The translations under genes and the position numbers were made by a program. From positions 13,206,001 through 13,270,000 of the forward strand of contig JBHGNT010000021.1 in NCBI GenBank assembly GCA_043228905.1: 64,000 bases of DNA, in the 5' to 3' direction. Under the pieces are notes generated by a model that had not been told where the DNA came from, did not search any database, and saw nothing but the letters and a program-made list of their open reading frames with translations. Positions 11,944 through 24,661 of this stretch are shown piece by piece; position 1 is the first letter of the stretch; every line of letters begins with the position of its first letter. The DNA comes from Azolla caroliniana. Lineage: Eukaryota; Plantae; Polypodiophyta.

Positions 11944-14224
11944 TTTAATAATTTGTCGATCTCTTCTTTTACCTTTGGAGCGCTTCCAATAGCATCGTTG
12001 TTGTATCAGCTTGGCTTCTTTGCTCAGATGTATCCAGTGCTGGTAAAATTTTGGGTCAAGCCCCTTCATGTCCTCGTAGAACCATGTGAATACATCCTTA
12101 TACTCCCTTAATAATTCTGTCATTGTCGATTTCTCTACCGGCACGATTTCGTTATCTATCTGTACCGGCTGAGGTTCTGCTTCCGACCCCAGGTTGATTG
12201 CTTCCATCATGGATGCCTTCACTCGCTGGGAAATTTGCATTTCCCTCTCCAATTCCTCTTGGATGTGGCATAATTCAGCTATTGCTTTTGGGTCCAGCTT
12301 CCTCAACTCCTCATCCGTATCTGTGTCCTTCTTGAACACCTAGGGTGCTACCATCTCCACCACGTCAATTTCAAACAACGGCACGAGCTTAGGATTTTCT
12401 TTGAGATATTTGTCGATTTCCTCATCTGTTAGTCCATCTAACATGTTGATTCCCTTGACATATAATGGCGTCATCGCCTTTTTCGTCGTTTCTCTCTCTT
12501 GTGTCAGTTTTCCCTTGCCTAAAACTGGTTACATTCTTCTGCCAATTTTGCGTAATATGCACTATCCACAACCATGGTCAGCCTTACAAGAGTGGATAGG
12601 CTCTTGGCCTATTGCTGAGACCTGAAATAGATAACCCCCCATGGAGATCTTTAACGTCTAGATAAGGCCAAGTGGTCAAACTGAGTTGGTGTCGGCCATC
12701 CTAAGCCTGAATGGCCACGACTTCCATTCCCAGATTCCTAATCTATCGCATGTCACTTTGTTGATTAGATTAACTCCGGATACACCGTCTATTATGGTCT
12801 CGGACACTTCTCTACCCTTAATAATCACCTTAACGGTCAGATTCTGCTCATCAAGTGAGACCAGACCTTCACTAGGATTTGTTAAATGAATTTGGACTGT
12901 CGATCGCTCCTCTTTTCTAAATACCGCTATTATGGTCTTTGTAAACCTCGACACGAACTTCAATAGGCCAGCTAATGGTAATGTAATTTGGCAATCAACC
13001 AATGCCTACCATGTCGGGTCTTTGGTTGACAGTCCCTCATCCGTCATTAGCTTCGGCTCCACCGATTGTTCTGTCATTTCCTTGAGCATTTGTTTTGCAT
13101 TCTTTTGATTCCCCTTCTCCACCCATTCCTTTGCCACTTTGCGTACAACCTCCTGAGCCTCCCACTTATGTAGCTTCGCTTTTCAATGCGTTATGACATT
13201 GGTGTACTTTGGCTACCTCGGTTGTTAACATGTTCACTGCCGGTACTTTGCCTTTTTTCTTTTCTGGGTATCAGTTAGCATAGTGCCCTTCCTTTCGGAA
13301 ATTGTAACATGTTGGCTTTGCTGGCTCACTTGGTTCACTTGGCAATTGTAATTGTCGGTTGTGGGCCGTAAGTTGGTCATTTCGTCTCCTCTTGATTGTG
13401 AGGGTCGTACTGGAATGGCCTAGCATTTTGACATTGTCTCCTATCGTCTCGAGCTCTTTTGTTATCCTGTGGTGGGAATCTGTGGCTCCCTTGCTGATTA
13501 TTTTAAATCGCCTCTTGTCATAATTCTGGCATTGATCTCTAATCGGCAAAACCTTGCTAGTTTCTATATTGTGGATGGGTTGTCCATCGGCTCATCGTTC
13601 CTTATCATATTGCGGTGAGAAATCCCTTTAATACCTCTCACAACAATCTTGCCAATACTCATCCAGCTGGAATCTCTTTGTATACTAGGGTTGGTCATCT
13701 TGCCAATACCTATCGTCCCATCAAAATATGTCTACCAGTTGGAATCGATCTTCTTCTGGCATCTTGTCTTCCCTCAGCCCAGTTTGTCAAACCTAGGCGC
13801 CGTCGATCTATTCAATAAATTGTATTCACATTGATTGATTGTGTGAGCTCCGGAGTGGCACAAGACACAATGCGTCTTCATTGTGCATTCTAACGTCGAG
13901 TGGCCTGGATTTAAAAATGTGGTGCATTGTACAACATGTCGGAATCTCAAGTCATCCTCCTTCAGTAGTGCTTGCTATAGTACTCACATTGACATTGCAT
14001 TGTCGTTTTGTGCTTTGTCCATTTTAGCACTCTATAAATAACGTACTCCAAGGTCTCAACTTTAAAGTCTAGAACTGCCAGCCTTGATTAGAGCGGCTCT
14101 TAGAGGGCTGTGAGGAATGTTTCTTTTAAGTCCTTCTCCGGTGCTGGTCACGTGAGTTTCTTTCTTAAATTCTGCAACCGGATAATGAATTGTGGTATTG
14201 ATTCATGTGGTTCCTGGTACGCCG
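11944..14224 (-). mobile_element. Degenerate gag-protease-RT start of Phygy-like Gypsy X (oldest, basal layer)
   Basis: QEPHESIPQF (gag), CYNFRKEGHYAN knuckle, IIDGVSGVN protease and DMKGLDPKFYQH, all collinear with element Z at 57915-60500. Confidence 0.85.
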
Positions 14225-15376
14225 TGTTACCAGTTAGGAACACGGTCCACCCTCAGTCCTTCGGGATGGATTTCAAAGTGATCGTGGTGCAAGGGGAATA
14301 GGGATGTGTAGTGCGTGTACTTCGTAAGGTGAAAGGGAGACGGCTACAACCAAACCTCCGATAACGTGTACTTACACAACATGTACTTACCTTACACTTA
14401 CTGCTACGTAGTCTTGCATAGAGAACGAGGAACGAGAACAAGAGATCACTAAACAAAATACCAAGATTAGAGAAGATAGAACTATATTAAACGACAATCC
14501 CCAAAATACACTAGCTCTTTACAATAGTCTTTTGTCCCTTATATACACATGGCTTCTAATTGGTTACGTTGCCTACATAAAACCATTACACGTGTTGTCG
14601 TGAAAAATTTCGGCCAGAGGCGGAAACAGGGAAACATTGGCTACATCGGCGGGGTGCAGTGTGTGTACGCACCCATGTACATTTAGTGTGAATATCGAGG
14701 GCGCCTTTATGGCGCCGAAGAGTAGTCAAGTCAGGACAAACGATCCCATGTAAGTCGGGATTTGTCCCACATTGTAACGCATCCCTTTCCTTGTTCTATA
14801 AAAGGAAGGGAACGCCCTTTGTGAAAGGGTTGCCCATTTTGCATTAGAGGGTATACCGTTAGGTTTAGAGTTAGTTTCTTCTTCTTCTTCTTCTCCTTCG
14901 TGTTCACTTAGGGTTTGCTTCAGCTCATCTCCTGCGCAAGACCCCGCTCGGCGCGACGAGCCCGTGAGCTCCCCGACGGCGGCTTGGCAGCTGACGACTA
15001 CTGTAACCTGCCTTGGAACGGCTCGAAGCCGGGAATGTATTCCTTTAATATACATATATACGTTTGGGTCTGTCTGTGTATATTCGCGTCTTCGTTGGTG
15101 TCGGGTGCTTCCCCTTTCCTGCACTTCCTGTACTTAAGGGTGTGAGTCGGTTTGGCCTGTGTGTGTGTGTGTGTGTGTGAGTGAGTGTGCGTGAGTCGGT
15201 GTTAAGCGCGCGCTCTCCCTCTCTCTCTCTCTCTCTCTCCCTTCGGTTGCTTCCGGTGTGCTTCTGGGATGCCCCGGAAACGGTGAAGCACGACTTCCTA
15301 CGCTCCATCACTCCCTAGTCCAAGACCCCCGTGGTCCCGCCTTTCTCCACGCACGCGCGTAACAACGCGACATATT

Positions 15377-15393
15377 TGGTGAACCCGACGTGA
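15377..15393 (+). promoter_or_regulatory. Primer binding site complementary to tRNA-Trp
   Basis: TGGTGAACCCGACGTGA lies 4 nt after the LTR and is complementary to the plant tRNA-Trp 3' end ...TCACGTCGGGTTCACCA (recalled sequence). Confidence 0.85.
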
Positions 15394-15409
15394 AAGGCAG
15401 CAAGGGAGG

Positions 15410-16010
15410 ATGGAGTCGGAAGACGACGAGCTTGCGGAGATGGTGGCCGAAGTGGTGTTGGAGTCGGCACGAGTGATGATGAGGCGAGAAGCGGCGCAAT
15501 AGGCGGTTGAGCGAGTGGTCGAAAGAATCGGTCGTTTCAACGGGGACAAAGTCCCATCTTACTTGGAAGCCTACAACGCGGAAATGGAGGAGTGTGGCGT
15601 AGACGAGGCGTTGAGGCTGGAGTTCTTCTGTCGGGTCGTGGCTGTCCGGATGCATGCAGAAATAAAGGAGCTCCGTGAGGCTCATAGTTCGTGGGAGGCC
15701 TTCGAAGAGGCGCTCCTGAAGGCATACGGAGGACGGCGGAAGAGCCGGGGACGGCACGACTTTGACCAGTGGGTAGCATCGGCAAAGACCCACCGGGGCG
15801 CGACCAAGGCGTTCCGAGAGTTCGAGTGATGGCTTGCTCGGTCCCGGAGCGGGAACAAGGTTTGGTGGGGGCGGACAAAGTCCTTTTGTTCATCAGATCG
15901 ATTGACCAAGTGGAACGGGAAGCCATCGGGATTGAGCTCGAAGACGATGATGGAGTGAATGGGCTTACGGAGGACTGGTCGAAGGTCAGAAGGGTGTGCC
16001 AAGGCTAGAC
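15410..16010 (+). pseudogene. gag capsid-like domain of N2
   Basis: GRFNGDKVPSYLEAY...HSSWEAFEEALL...ADKV aligns with GRFGGKNITDFLATY...HATWAEFEKALL...GDKV at 41688-42215 (minus). Confidence 0.8.
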
Positions 16011-17684
16011 AACGAGCGAGCCAAGAAGGCTAAGAGGAAGGGACGCGACGACGTGCCATCACAGCAGGAAGAGGCCAAACGGCAAAGAGAGTCGGCAAGG
16101 GTCGACGTTGGGGCCAGGATTGCAGAGGCGTACACAGCTCTCGAGGCGATGCTCGAGGAAGAGGAAAGATCAAGGCCGCAAGCTGAGACTGAGGAGACGG
16201 ACCTGCCCCATGCGACGGCGGAAGATTGGTACGACGGTACCATGGGAGAGGGCGCGAAACAAAACGCCCTCTCGACTTGCAGAGATAGAACGGCCACGGA
16301 CGAGGCCGAGATACCGATCGTGGGATCGGAACGTTGGGACCAACGGTTTCGGGCGTGTTAGCCCGAGATCCCAGAAATCGGAGAAGCAAGCCCAGACGGG
16401 GCTTGCGCGATCGGTAAGAAGACAACCGCCGACCACGGAGAGTCGGTGGCTACGGACAAAAGCGTAAAGCAGACGGGCGATTCTTTGTGCCTTCCCACAC
16501 TTGCTCCCGAGACCATGGCAGTCGGGCCCGAGTGCCCACGTAAGTCCCAAGCGGAGGAAGGCGGCGGCGATAGACCGAGAATCACCGGCGAGACGATACG
16601 GGGAAGGAACGGACGAAAGCCCACGGACCCGATTCCGGAGAACTCGACATTCGGGCCCGTATGCCCATGTAAGACCGAGGAGATGGATGGCGGTACCGAG
16701 GAGTCCTGGCACGATGCCAGTGAAGTCGGATGGGAAACGGCCTGCGAGGAGGCCGAGGACAGACGCGGCACGAGGAGATCGGCATTCCGATACGGGTGGA
16801 GCGTAATCCGGTCATGGATCGTTCGATCGGGGCCGGATTCGGCATGAAAATGTCGATACGGAAGAGGGTGCGGAACGAGCCGCCCTCTTTTACATGGGGA
16901 GAAAGACCAACCGGGCGAAGGTTGAGATTTGGAAAGAGAATGAAAGCCGGTCCTATGGGATTCCTTACGCCGATCCGGCTGTTACGGGCATGACCATATA
17001 ATATCCCGTGGTAAGAATTTACCGTAGTATTCTATACACGTGGATAAGTGTGAGGGTTAAATGAGAGTGTAAAGAAGGGGAGGATTACTTTTAATCCTCG
17101 GGATTGAGACAACCCATTAGGTCAAGTGTGAACTTGCATGGGGGCCTTGGGTTTCACTATAAATAAGAGGCCTAGCTACCCTCATTTGATCATCTTTTGA
17201 CTACATCGAGACTCTGCTCGTGTGGTGGGTCAACTCTTGTAGCGAGCGCGCCAGCACCAGGTACGACTCGACGCCACGGCGGTGGTATGGGACGCCGATC
17301 GAGGCTCGAGTCCGTCTCGATCCCTTCGCTCGGGGGTGGTCGGGTGGATCGGCACCCTTCTTTCTCTTTCTCCTTTCTATCTATCTTTTCATTATCCTTA
17401 TCTTAAGCTTACGTTAGTACCAAGATCTATAATATTTGGTATCAGATTTTTGTACTAATGTTTCTTTGTTTTTCATTTGTCTTTTGATTGATGCTGATCG
17501 ATCGTTGTGCGGTTGGCCTTGATCCAGACAATGATCAACAAAGAACTTCGGTAACTCTTTCCATAATTTTTCTTTCTATTCTCTCTTCTCCCATCTAATC
17601 ATGTGTTTAGTTTATATGTAATTTTTTTCATTAAGTCAATGATGTTGTAGTGGTCTTTAATTGATTATCTAAAACGTTTACATA

Positions 17685-17945
17685 TGTGCACGAGGTCAAT
17701 ACCTCGTTTGACATATTGATAATATGTGATGAGTGTCGTATGCGTACGAGGTTAATACCTCAATTACGTATTACGTTCACGAACATATGTTACGTTTGTG
17801 TATGAGTTTAATACCTTGATTTGTTGTAAACGATATGCGTTTGGTCTCGTATGCGTAAGAGGTCAATACCTCCATTGCGTATTACGATGATCTCTTATTT
17901 GTGGATGTTTCGTGTGCGTAGAGGTATATACCTCGATTACGTATC
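17685..17945 (+). repeat. Array of five GAGGT-N4-ACCTC hairpin units in the chromovirus leader
   Basis: Cores at 17692, 17748, 17804 (degenerate), 17859 and 17921. Confidence 0.8.
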
Positions 17946-19111
17946 TCGATCACATCATTTGTGCCTATTTAATATAACGATATGTTTAATATAGGCATAT
18001 GTGGTCACATATATACGTATATATGTGATAAGTAAACATATGTGTATATTCGTTATTACGTGATTATATCGAAAGTTGTCCTTGTCGGGAAAAGGATGTT
18101 GGTGGCCGTCCTCACATTTTTGTGAGAATGGCGTTGTCACCATCCCTTTTTCAACATTTTTTTATTGTTGATAACCCCATTGACGACCTCGATTTCGTTA
18201 CGTAAAGAAATGCGAATAGCCAAAATGATGTTGAGTACGTAGGGCTTGACCCACTTCAAGTGAGGTCGCTCCAATGACGCACGTATCCAACATCCCTCCC
18301 TCGTTACATGGATACGATGCCACCATGAGCTCGTTCTTACGAGAGGCATTCGTAATGACGTGACCATGTGATGGCCCACGTGAGCCTACTACGAAATGAG
18401 GGCTCATTTGGCTTGACCATTAGGTTGCCCTTTGGCATATGCCATCGTAATTACGAGACTTGAGGTTAGGTAACGTACCAACATAGTTTTGGTAAATGAG
18501 GACGAAATAAGGACCTTGACATATATGTTCTTTTAAAAAAACGTATATGATCAATGGCCTCGCATATCTCTTATACGCATCAAACATTAAGCATTCGAGA
18601 AGAGCAACTTACTTGGTTGGCTCAAGTGTTTAATGTATTTGTTCTCGAGGTCTCGAGTTCAAATATGACCAAGACCATACAACATCCTTGATACATATGA
18701 CTATAACACATGTTTAGACTTAAGGTCTAAGTGCACCTCGGGGTCCTCGTAATAGGACTTAAAGAGCCGAAACCACTTATGTGGGCACCGAAACATAGTT
18801 TATTGTTAACATTTTTTTCATGTATAAACTATTCATGACGCGAACATACATGGTTGAGCCTCGGGGAGCCACCATGAAAAAATTGATATAGAGATCAGGG
18901 AAAGACATTTATTTGTCACCCCCATGGTTTTTAAAACACCTTTGTGTTACCATAGTAACCTGATCTTGAACCTCATCTCATACGTCTAGAGGGGTATTGA
19001 CGTGAGATAATGATATCGATTAATGCTCGCCCATGATATGTTTACATCACGACATGATGTTATGACTATATCTCTGACCTTATCCTATTTCTTTTCCAGA
19101 AATAATCTTTA

Positions 19112-20011
19112 ATGGCTCAAATTAACGACCCGATGTCATCCGCTCAAGCGGAAGGAATTCAAGGGAATCCTCCTGGACAAATGTCCACTGAGATGTATTT
19201 GGCACAAATAACCCAATACCTTAGTTTCACCGCGCAACAGATGACCGAACTTCGGCAATCTCAGAGTGCTCTTGAGGCACGTGTCATTAGTCTACAACGT
19301 GAGACTAATAGACCTGATGAGCGACAAGGTGAACCATCATTTGTCGTTAAGCCATATACGGGAGACAAAAAGGAAAGAACCGAAGAAGCAATCTGCACAT
19401 GGCTGGGACGATGGGAGTCTCATTTTGAGCTCTATCCCACGCCAGGTAGTACGAAGATTGCATATGTCGGCCGAGAACTCGGGGGTAAGGCCGCCGCCTG
19501 GTGGCGTGGCCTCCGTACTATGGGGAAATTGCCCGATACCTGGACAGATTTTGTCACGGTTTTTAAGGGCCAATTTCTGCAACCTCCCTCTCGAACCGAG
19601 GCAGCACAAGCTTTAATGAACCTCTCTAGCAGGAAATTTTCCTCGCTAGAAGACTATGTTCACCATGCTAGAACCCAAATCCAAAAATCGGGTCTAGAAG
19701 GGGACAATTGGTTGATAGCTTGTTTTGTCAATGGCATCCCCAATTCGGACTATCACTGGATAGTGCACGATAAGGATCCAAAATCCTTCGAAGAGGCCGT
19801 TGAAATAGTTCTTCGCTATCAACGCACTTCGAAGAAGGACCATAACAAACCCAACGAAGCGCCCGGGACTAAGCAGTCGCAATTTGTTGGGAAACGCAAG
19901 ACACCCAACGAATTCCTGGATCGCGATTGTAAGCGACAACATCCTTTTTGTGTATTCTGCAAAAAGAAGGGTCATACAAAAGATCAATGTCGAAAGCTCC
20001 AACGGAAATAG
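19112..20011 (+). CDS. gag: Chromovirus Gag (retrotransposon gag domain plus CCHC knuckle)
   Basis: 299-aa ORF with AAAWW, TWTDFVTVFKGQF and CVFCKKKGHTKDQC. Confidence 0.9.
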   Translation: MAQINDPMSSAQAEGIQGNPPGQMSTEMYLAQITQYLSFTAQQMTELRQSQSALEARVISLQRETNRPDERQGEPSFVVKPYTGDKKERTEEAICTWLGRWESHFELYPTPGSTKIAYVGRELGGKAAAWWRGLRTMGKLPDTWTDFVTVFKGQFLQPPSRTEAAQALMNLSSRKFSSLEDYVHHARTQIQKSGLEGDNWLIACFVNGIPNSDYHWIVHDKDPKSFEEAVEIVLRYQRTSKKDHNKPNEAPGTKQSQFVGKRKTPNEFLDRDCKRQHPFCVFCKKKGHTKDQCRKLQRK

Positions 20012-23000
20012 CACGACAACAAAGCTAAAGCTGCAGACCATAAAGGTCAGATTCCTAATGTCCTTCAGGTCTATACACATCATTTAAGTAATTGTCAATG
20101 TTCTTTCCCTCACTATGTATTGGGTCCCAATGATTTACTACGTGCAAACGGGTATATCAATGGATCTCCCGTACAGTTTTTATTTGATTCGGGAAGCTCA
20201 CACAATTTTGTGAATGATCGTTTGGTTCAGATATGGGGAATCCAACCCACCGTAAGTGATCACACCTACACGGTGCACTTGGCTGATGGAAGAGTACAAT
20301 ACATCAACGGGGCGATTCATTCATTAGGAATTTCTATTGATACTTATATAGAGGAAGTAGACTTCCATGTAATGAATCTTTGTACCACCGATGTAATACT
20401 GGGTTATCCCTGGTTTTATAATAAAAACTCTTCTTTATTGATTGATTGGGTTCGTCATTCCATTTCTTTTGTACTGAATGATTGTACGCATTTTATTCAA
20501 TGTGTAAAAAAACAATCCCTCTCGATTGTTTCCTCGTGTCCATCAATATCTGAGTTGTCTTGTTCTACGTTATTTTATTGTGTACTTGATCCAGACATTC
20601 ACGTTTACAATATCGATAATGTCCCGATTCAATTAACATATTTTGAACAACAACAACTTGATGAAATCTTAAATGATTTTCATGATGTTTTTCCAAGTGA
20701 ACTACTTGATGGGTTACCTCCTAAACGTAATATAGACCATCGTATAGATATTGTACCTGGTGTTGCACCAATAAGTATACCTTCGTATCGCTTAAGTCGA
20801 TCCGAAGAAGATGAGGTATCTAAGCAACTCAAGGACTATTTACGAATGGGTTATATACGTTATAGTAAATCTCCATGGGGTGCACCAGTTCTCGTGGTTA
20901 AAAAGAAAGAGGGCACATGGCGTATGTGTATTAATTACCGACACTTGAATAAAGTGACGATCAAGAATTCGTATCCATTGCCCCGGGCTGACGATCTAAT
21001 TGACCATCTCCAGGGAGCTCGGTATTTTACGAAACTTGATCTCCGTACTGGCTACCATCAAATACGAAAAAGTGAGGACGATGTTCCTAAAACGGCATTT
21101 CGTACGCGCTATGGCCATTACGAGTTTTTGGTTATGCCTTTTGGTTTGACCAATGCTCCGGCTACTTTTCAACAAGAAATGAATGACATTTTCCGAGAAC
21201 AACTTGGAAAATTTGTCGTTATTTTCTTGGATGATATTTTAGTTTATAGCCGTACATTACAAGAACATGCTAGACATGTCCGCTTTGTTTTACAAACATT
21301 GCGTGACAAACAGTTTTATGCGAAGATCTCAAAATGTGAGTTCTTCAAGAAATCAATTACTTATCTAGGACATCTCATAGCCGAACGAGGAGTTGAAATT
21401 GATCCTTCTCGCATTGAGAAAATCAAGCTTTGGCCCACTCTTCGGAATATTCGAGAAGTTCGATCATTCCTTGGTTTTGTGGGGTTTTTGCGAAAGTCTC
21501 TTCGTAATTACTCCCAATTGACGATGCCGTTTACTGATCTTTTAAAAGGTCAAACGCGTAAGTCTACAAAACCTATTGTGTGGAATGCTACACTAGACCT
21601 TGGATTTAAGGAACTCAAGGACATAGTTTGCAAGGCTCCTTCACTTCTTTTACCTGATCCTTCAAAACCTTTTGAGGTTGAAACCGATGCAAGCGATTAT
21701 GCTATAGGTGTTGTCTTGTATCAAGATGGTAAACCAATAGCATTCGAGAGTAAGAAACTTGATTCTGCTCAATGTCGGTATACCGTTCAAGAAAAGGAAT
21801 TATTTGCAGTTATACATGCGCTCAAAACATGGCGCCATTATCTTTATGGAAATCACTTTGTGGTAACTATGGGCTGAAAGGTCGTAAGGCACAATGGGCT
21901 GATCTCATCCAGGACTTTGATTTTTCCATACGATATCGTAAAGGTTCCATGAACATTGTCGCTGATGCACTAAGTCGCATCCGTGAAGTTAACACGCTTA
22001 GCTTCACTGAAATATCATCAGATCTTTATGATCACCTTCGAGGAAAGTATCCTGATGACAGTTATTTCGCAAAATACTGGGCTAGAGTTGAGTCTGGAAC
22101 AGACACCACCACATCCTTGAAGGAATACTTCCACATTGCTAACGGTTTGCTCTACCGTAATGGGAAGGTTTGTGTTCCAGATTTACCCGAGGTCAAAAAG
22201 AGGATTCTTTTTTAATGCCATGATGCACCCTCAGCAGGGCACCCTGGAATACATCGTACACTCGTTCTCATCTCCACTCAATTTTATTGGCCTAAGATGC
22301 GTCCTGACATACATAGCTATGTGACTAAATGTCACCAGTGTCAGGTTAACAAAGCCGAGCGACTTAAAGCTGCAGGACTTTTACATCCCTTGGACATTCC
22401 CAATAATAAGTGGGAAAGTATATCCATGGATTTTATTGTTAGCCTTCCTCGCACCCAAAAAGGTCATGATGCCATCTGGGTTGTCGTTGATCGACTAACT
22501 AAAATGGCCAGATTTATTGCTACTAAAACCACGATAACAGCTCCTGAATTGTTTCGTTTTTATGGGTTACCGATGGATATCGTGAGTGATCGAGATCCAA
22601 AGTTTACTAGTGACTTCTGGACACAAGTCTTTAAGAAGTTAGAAACTACGTTGAGCATGAGCTCCACGGATCATCCTCAATCCGATGGACAGACAGAACG
22701 AGTAAATCAAATTATTGAGGACATGCTTCGAGCATACGTTGGTGCAAAACCAACAAAATGGGAACGTTATCTCCCAATTTTGGAGTTTGCTTATAACAGC
22801 TCCAAGCATACGTCGACGGGATATAGTCCTTTTATGTTGATGTATGGTTTTCAGCCACGAGCCCCGATTGATGTTACTATACATCATGATGAGTTGCGAA
22901 GTACGCAAAACTTTCTTCGGGATATGCAAGATATGTTGCATATTGCACGAGATAATATAAAAACAGCTCAAGATAGAGCGCGTTTTTATGCCGATCATCA

Positions 23001-23484
23001 TAGGCAACCTCGTGTATTCAACCCTGGACAGAAGGTATTTTTACGTGTACCTCACAATTCTAAGACATTGTCTACGGGTAAGTGCTCTAAGTTAGCCCCA
23101 CGGTTTTGTGGACGTTTTATAGTCCTCAAACGCATTGGGTCATCAGCCTATCGTCTCGCTCTTCCCGATGGTGTCGGAATTCATCCAGTCTTTCATGTGA
23201 GTCGTCTAAAAGAACTTCTAGGTTCTGGCGACAATACAGTTACGACTGAAACTCTGGTTACTTCTGAAGAATTATCTTCTAAACCACATGTACCAGAAAG
23301 AATTCTCGATGTTAAAACAAAAAAATTACGTACTACAGAAATCCGAGAATTCAAAATAAAATGGATGGATAAATCAATAAAAGATGCCACATGGGAACGC
23401 GAAAATACTCTTAGAACTAACTTCCCTAACTTTCCATTGCAAGAGTGCAATGTTTTAAAGAGGGGGAGTATGATACGGGCATGA
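20012..23484 (+). pseudogene. pol: Chromovirus pol: PR-RT-RNase H-IN-chromodomain, disrupted
   Basis: Motifs [52 protein letters not shown] and chromodomain PERILD...IKW...DATWE. Frameshift/deletion near 21870 and a stop at 22213. Confidence 0.95.
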
Positions 23485-24661
23485 CCATATAATATCCCGT
23501 GGTAAGAATTTACCGTAGTATTCTATACACGTGGATAAGTGTGAGGGTTAAATGAGAGTGTAAAGAAGGGGAGGATTACTTTTAATCCTCGGGATTGAGA
23601 CAACCCATTAGGTCAAGTGTGAACTTGCCTGGGGGCCTTGGGTTTCACTATAAATAAGAGGCCTAGCTACCCTCATTTGATCATCTTTTGACTACATCGA
23701 GACTTTGCTCGTGTGGTCGGTCAACTCTTGTAGCGAGCGCGCCAGCACCAGGTACGACTCGACGCCACGGCGGTGGTATGGGACGCCGATCGAGGCTCGA
23801 GTCCGTCTCGATCCCTTCGCTCGGGGGTGGTCGGGTGGATCGGCACCCTTCTTTCTCTTTCTCCTTTCTATCTATCTTTTCATTATCCTTATCTTAAGCT
23901 TACGTTAGTACCAAGATCTATAATACCGGCTGCAGGCCCGAGTGCCGGCGTGAGTCCTATAAGAGAGATCGGTGGCGACAGGAGAACGGGACTCGGCAAT
24001 CCGGAGGACGAACGGACCTGAACGAGAACCGGGCGGAGCGGACTCCCGGATGACCATTCTAGGAGGGAGGAAGAGAGCAGGCCTACGAAGAGGCCGAGGA
24101 CACGGTACGTCGGTACCACGGGAGAGGGTGCGGAACAAAACGCCCTCTCGGCATGCGGAAAAGGACGACCCGGGATAGGGTCGGGAAGACAAATCGAACG
24201 CCCAAGGAGGATCCTTCACACCGGTTCTAGAGACTTCAGCAGTTGGCAACGCGGTCGACGTAAGACCAAGATACTGACGGTGGCGGCAAGGTGACGAAGG
24301 CCAAAGGGCGTAAGGAAGTCCGGTCCTACGGGATCCCCACACTTAACCAGAGACTCTGGCAGTTCAGCTAACGTGGCAACATGAGACCAAGAGAGAAGGT
24401 TGGTGGCGGCGGGAAACAGGACCCGCCTACGCGGAAGACACGAGGAGAGTCTGGGAGTGACTCAAAACAAAGGCACCCGAATTTCGGCAAGCATAGAAAC
24501 GGAGTCCGGTCCTATGGGACCCTCACACCGATCCGGAGACTCCGGCAGTTCGGCCAATGTGGCAACATGAGACCGAGAGAGAAGGTTGGTGGCGGCAGGG
24601 AACGGGACCCGACGACACGAGGTTTCGGAAGGAGCCGGTAGGGGCAAACACGGGGAGGTGT

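Larger units (their letters stand above)
16980..23925 (+). mobile_element. Full-length young chromoviral Ty3/Gypsy; LTRs 16980-17434 and 23471-23925
   Basis: 455-bp LTRs with 4 differences counted by eye; TSD CCGGC; PBS-Met TGGTATCAGA at 17437-17446; PPT AAAGAGGGGGAGTA at 23457-23470. Confidence 0.97.

Noticed and set aside
17685-17945. CRISPR-like repeat-spacer array
   Set aside because: The cores are short and degenerate, lie inside a eukaryotic retrotransposon leader, and no cas genes are present.
20009-20017. Programmed gag-pol stop-codon readthrough
   Set aside because: The frame continues after TAG, but the context (TAG CAC GAC) is not the CARYYA leaky motif, and CAG>TAG deamination stops are common throughout the window. 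Sister copies would be needed to decide.
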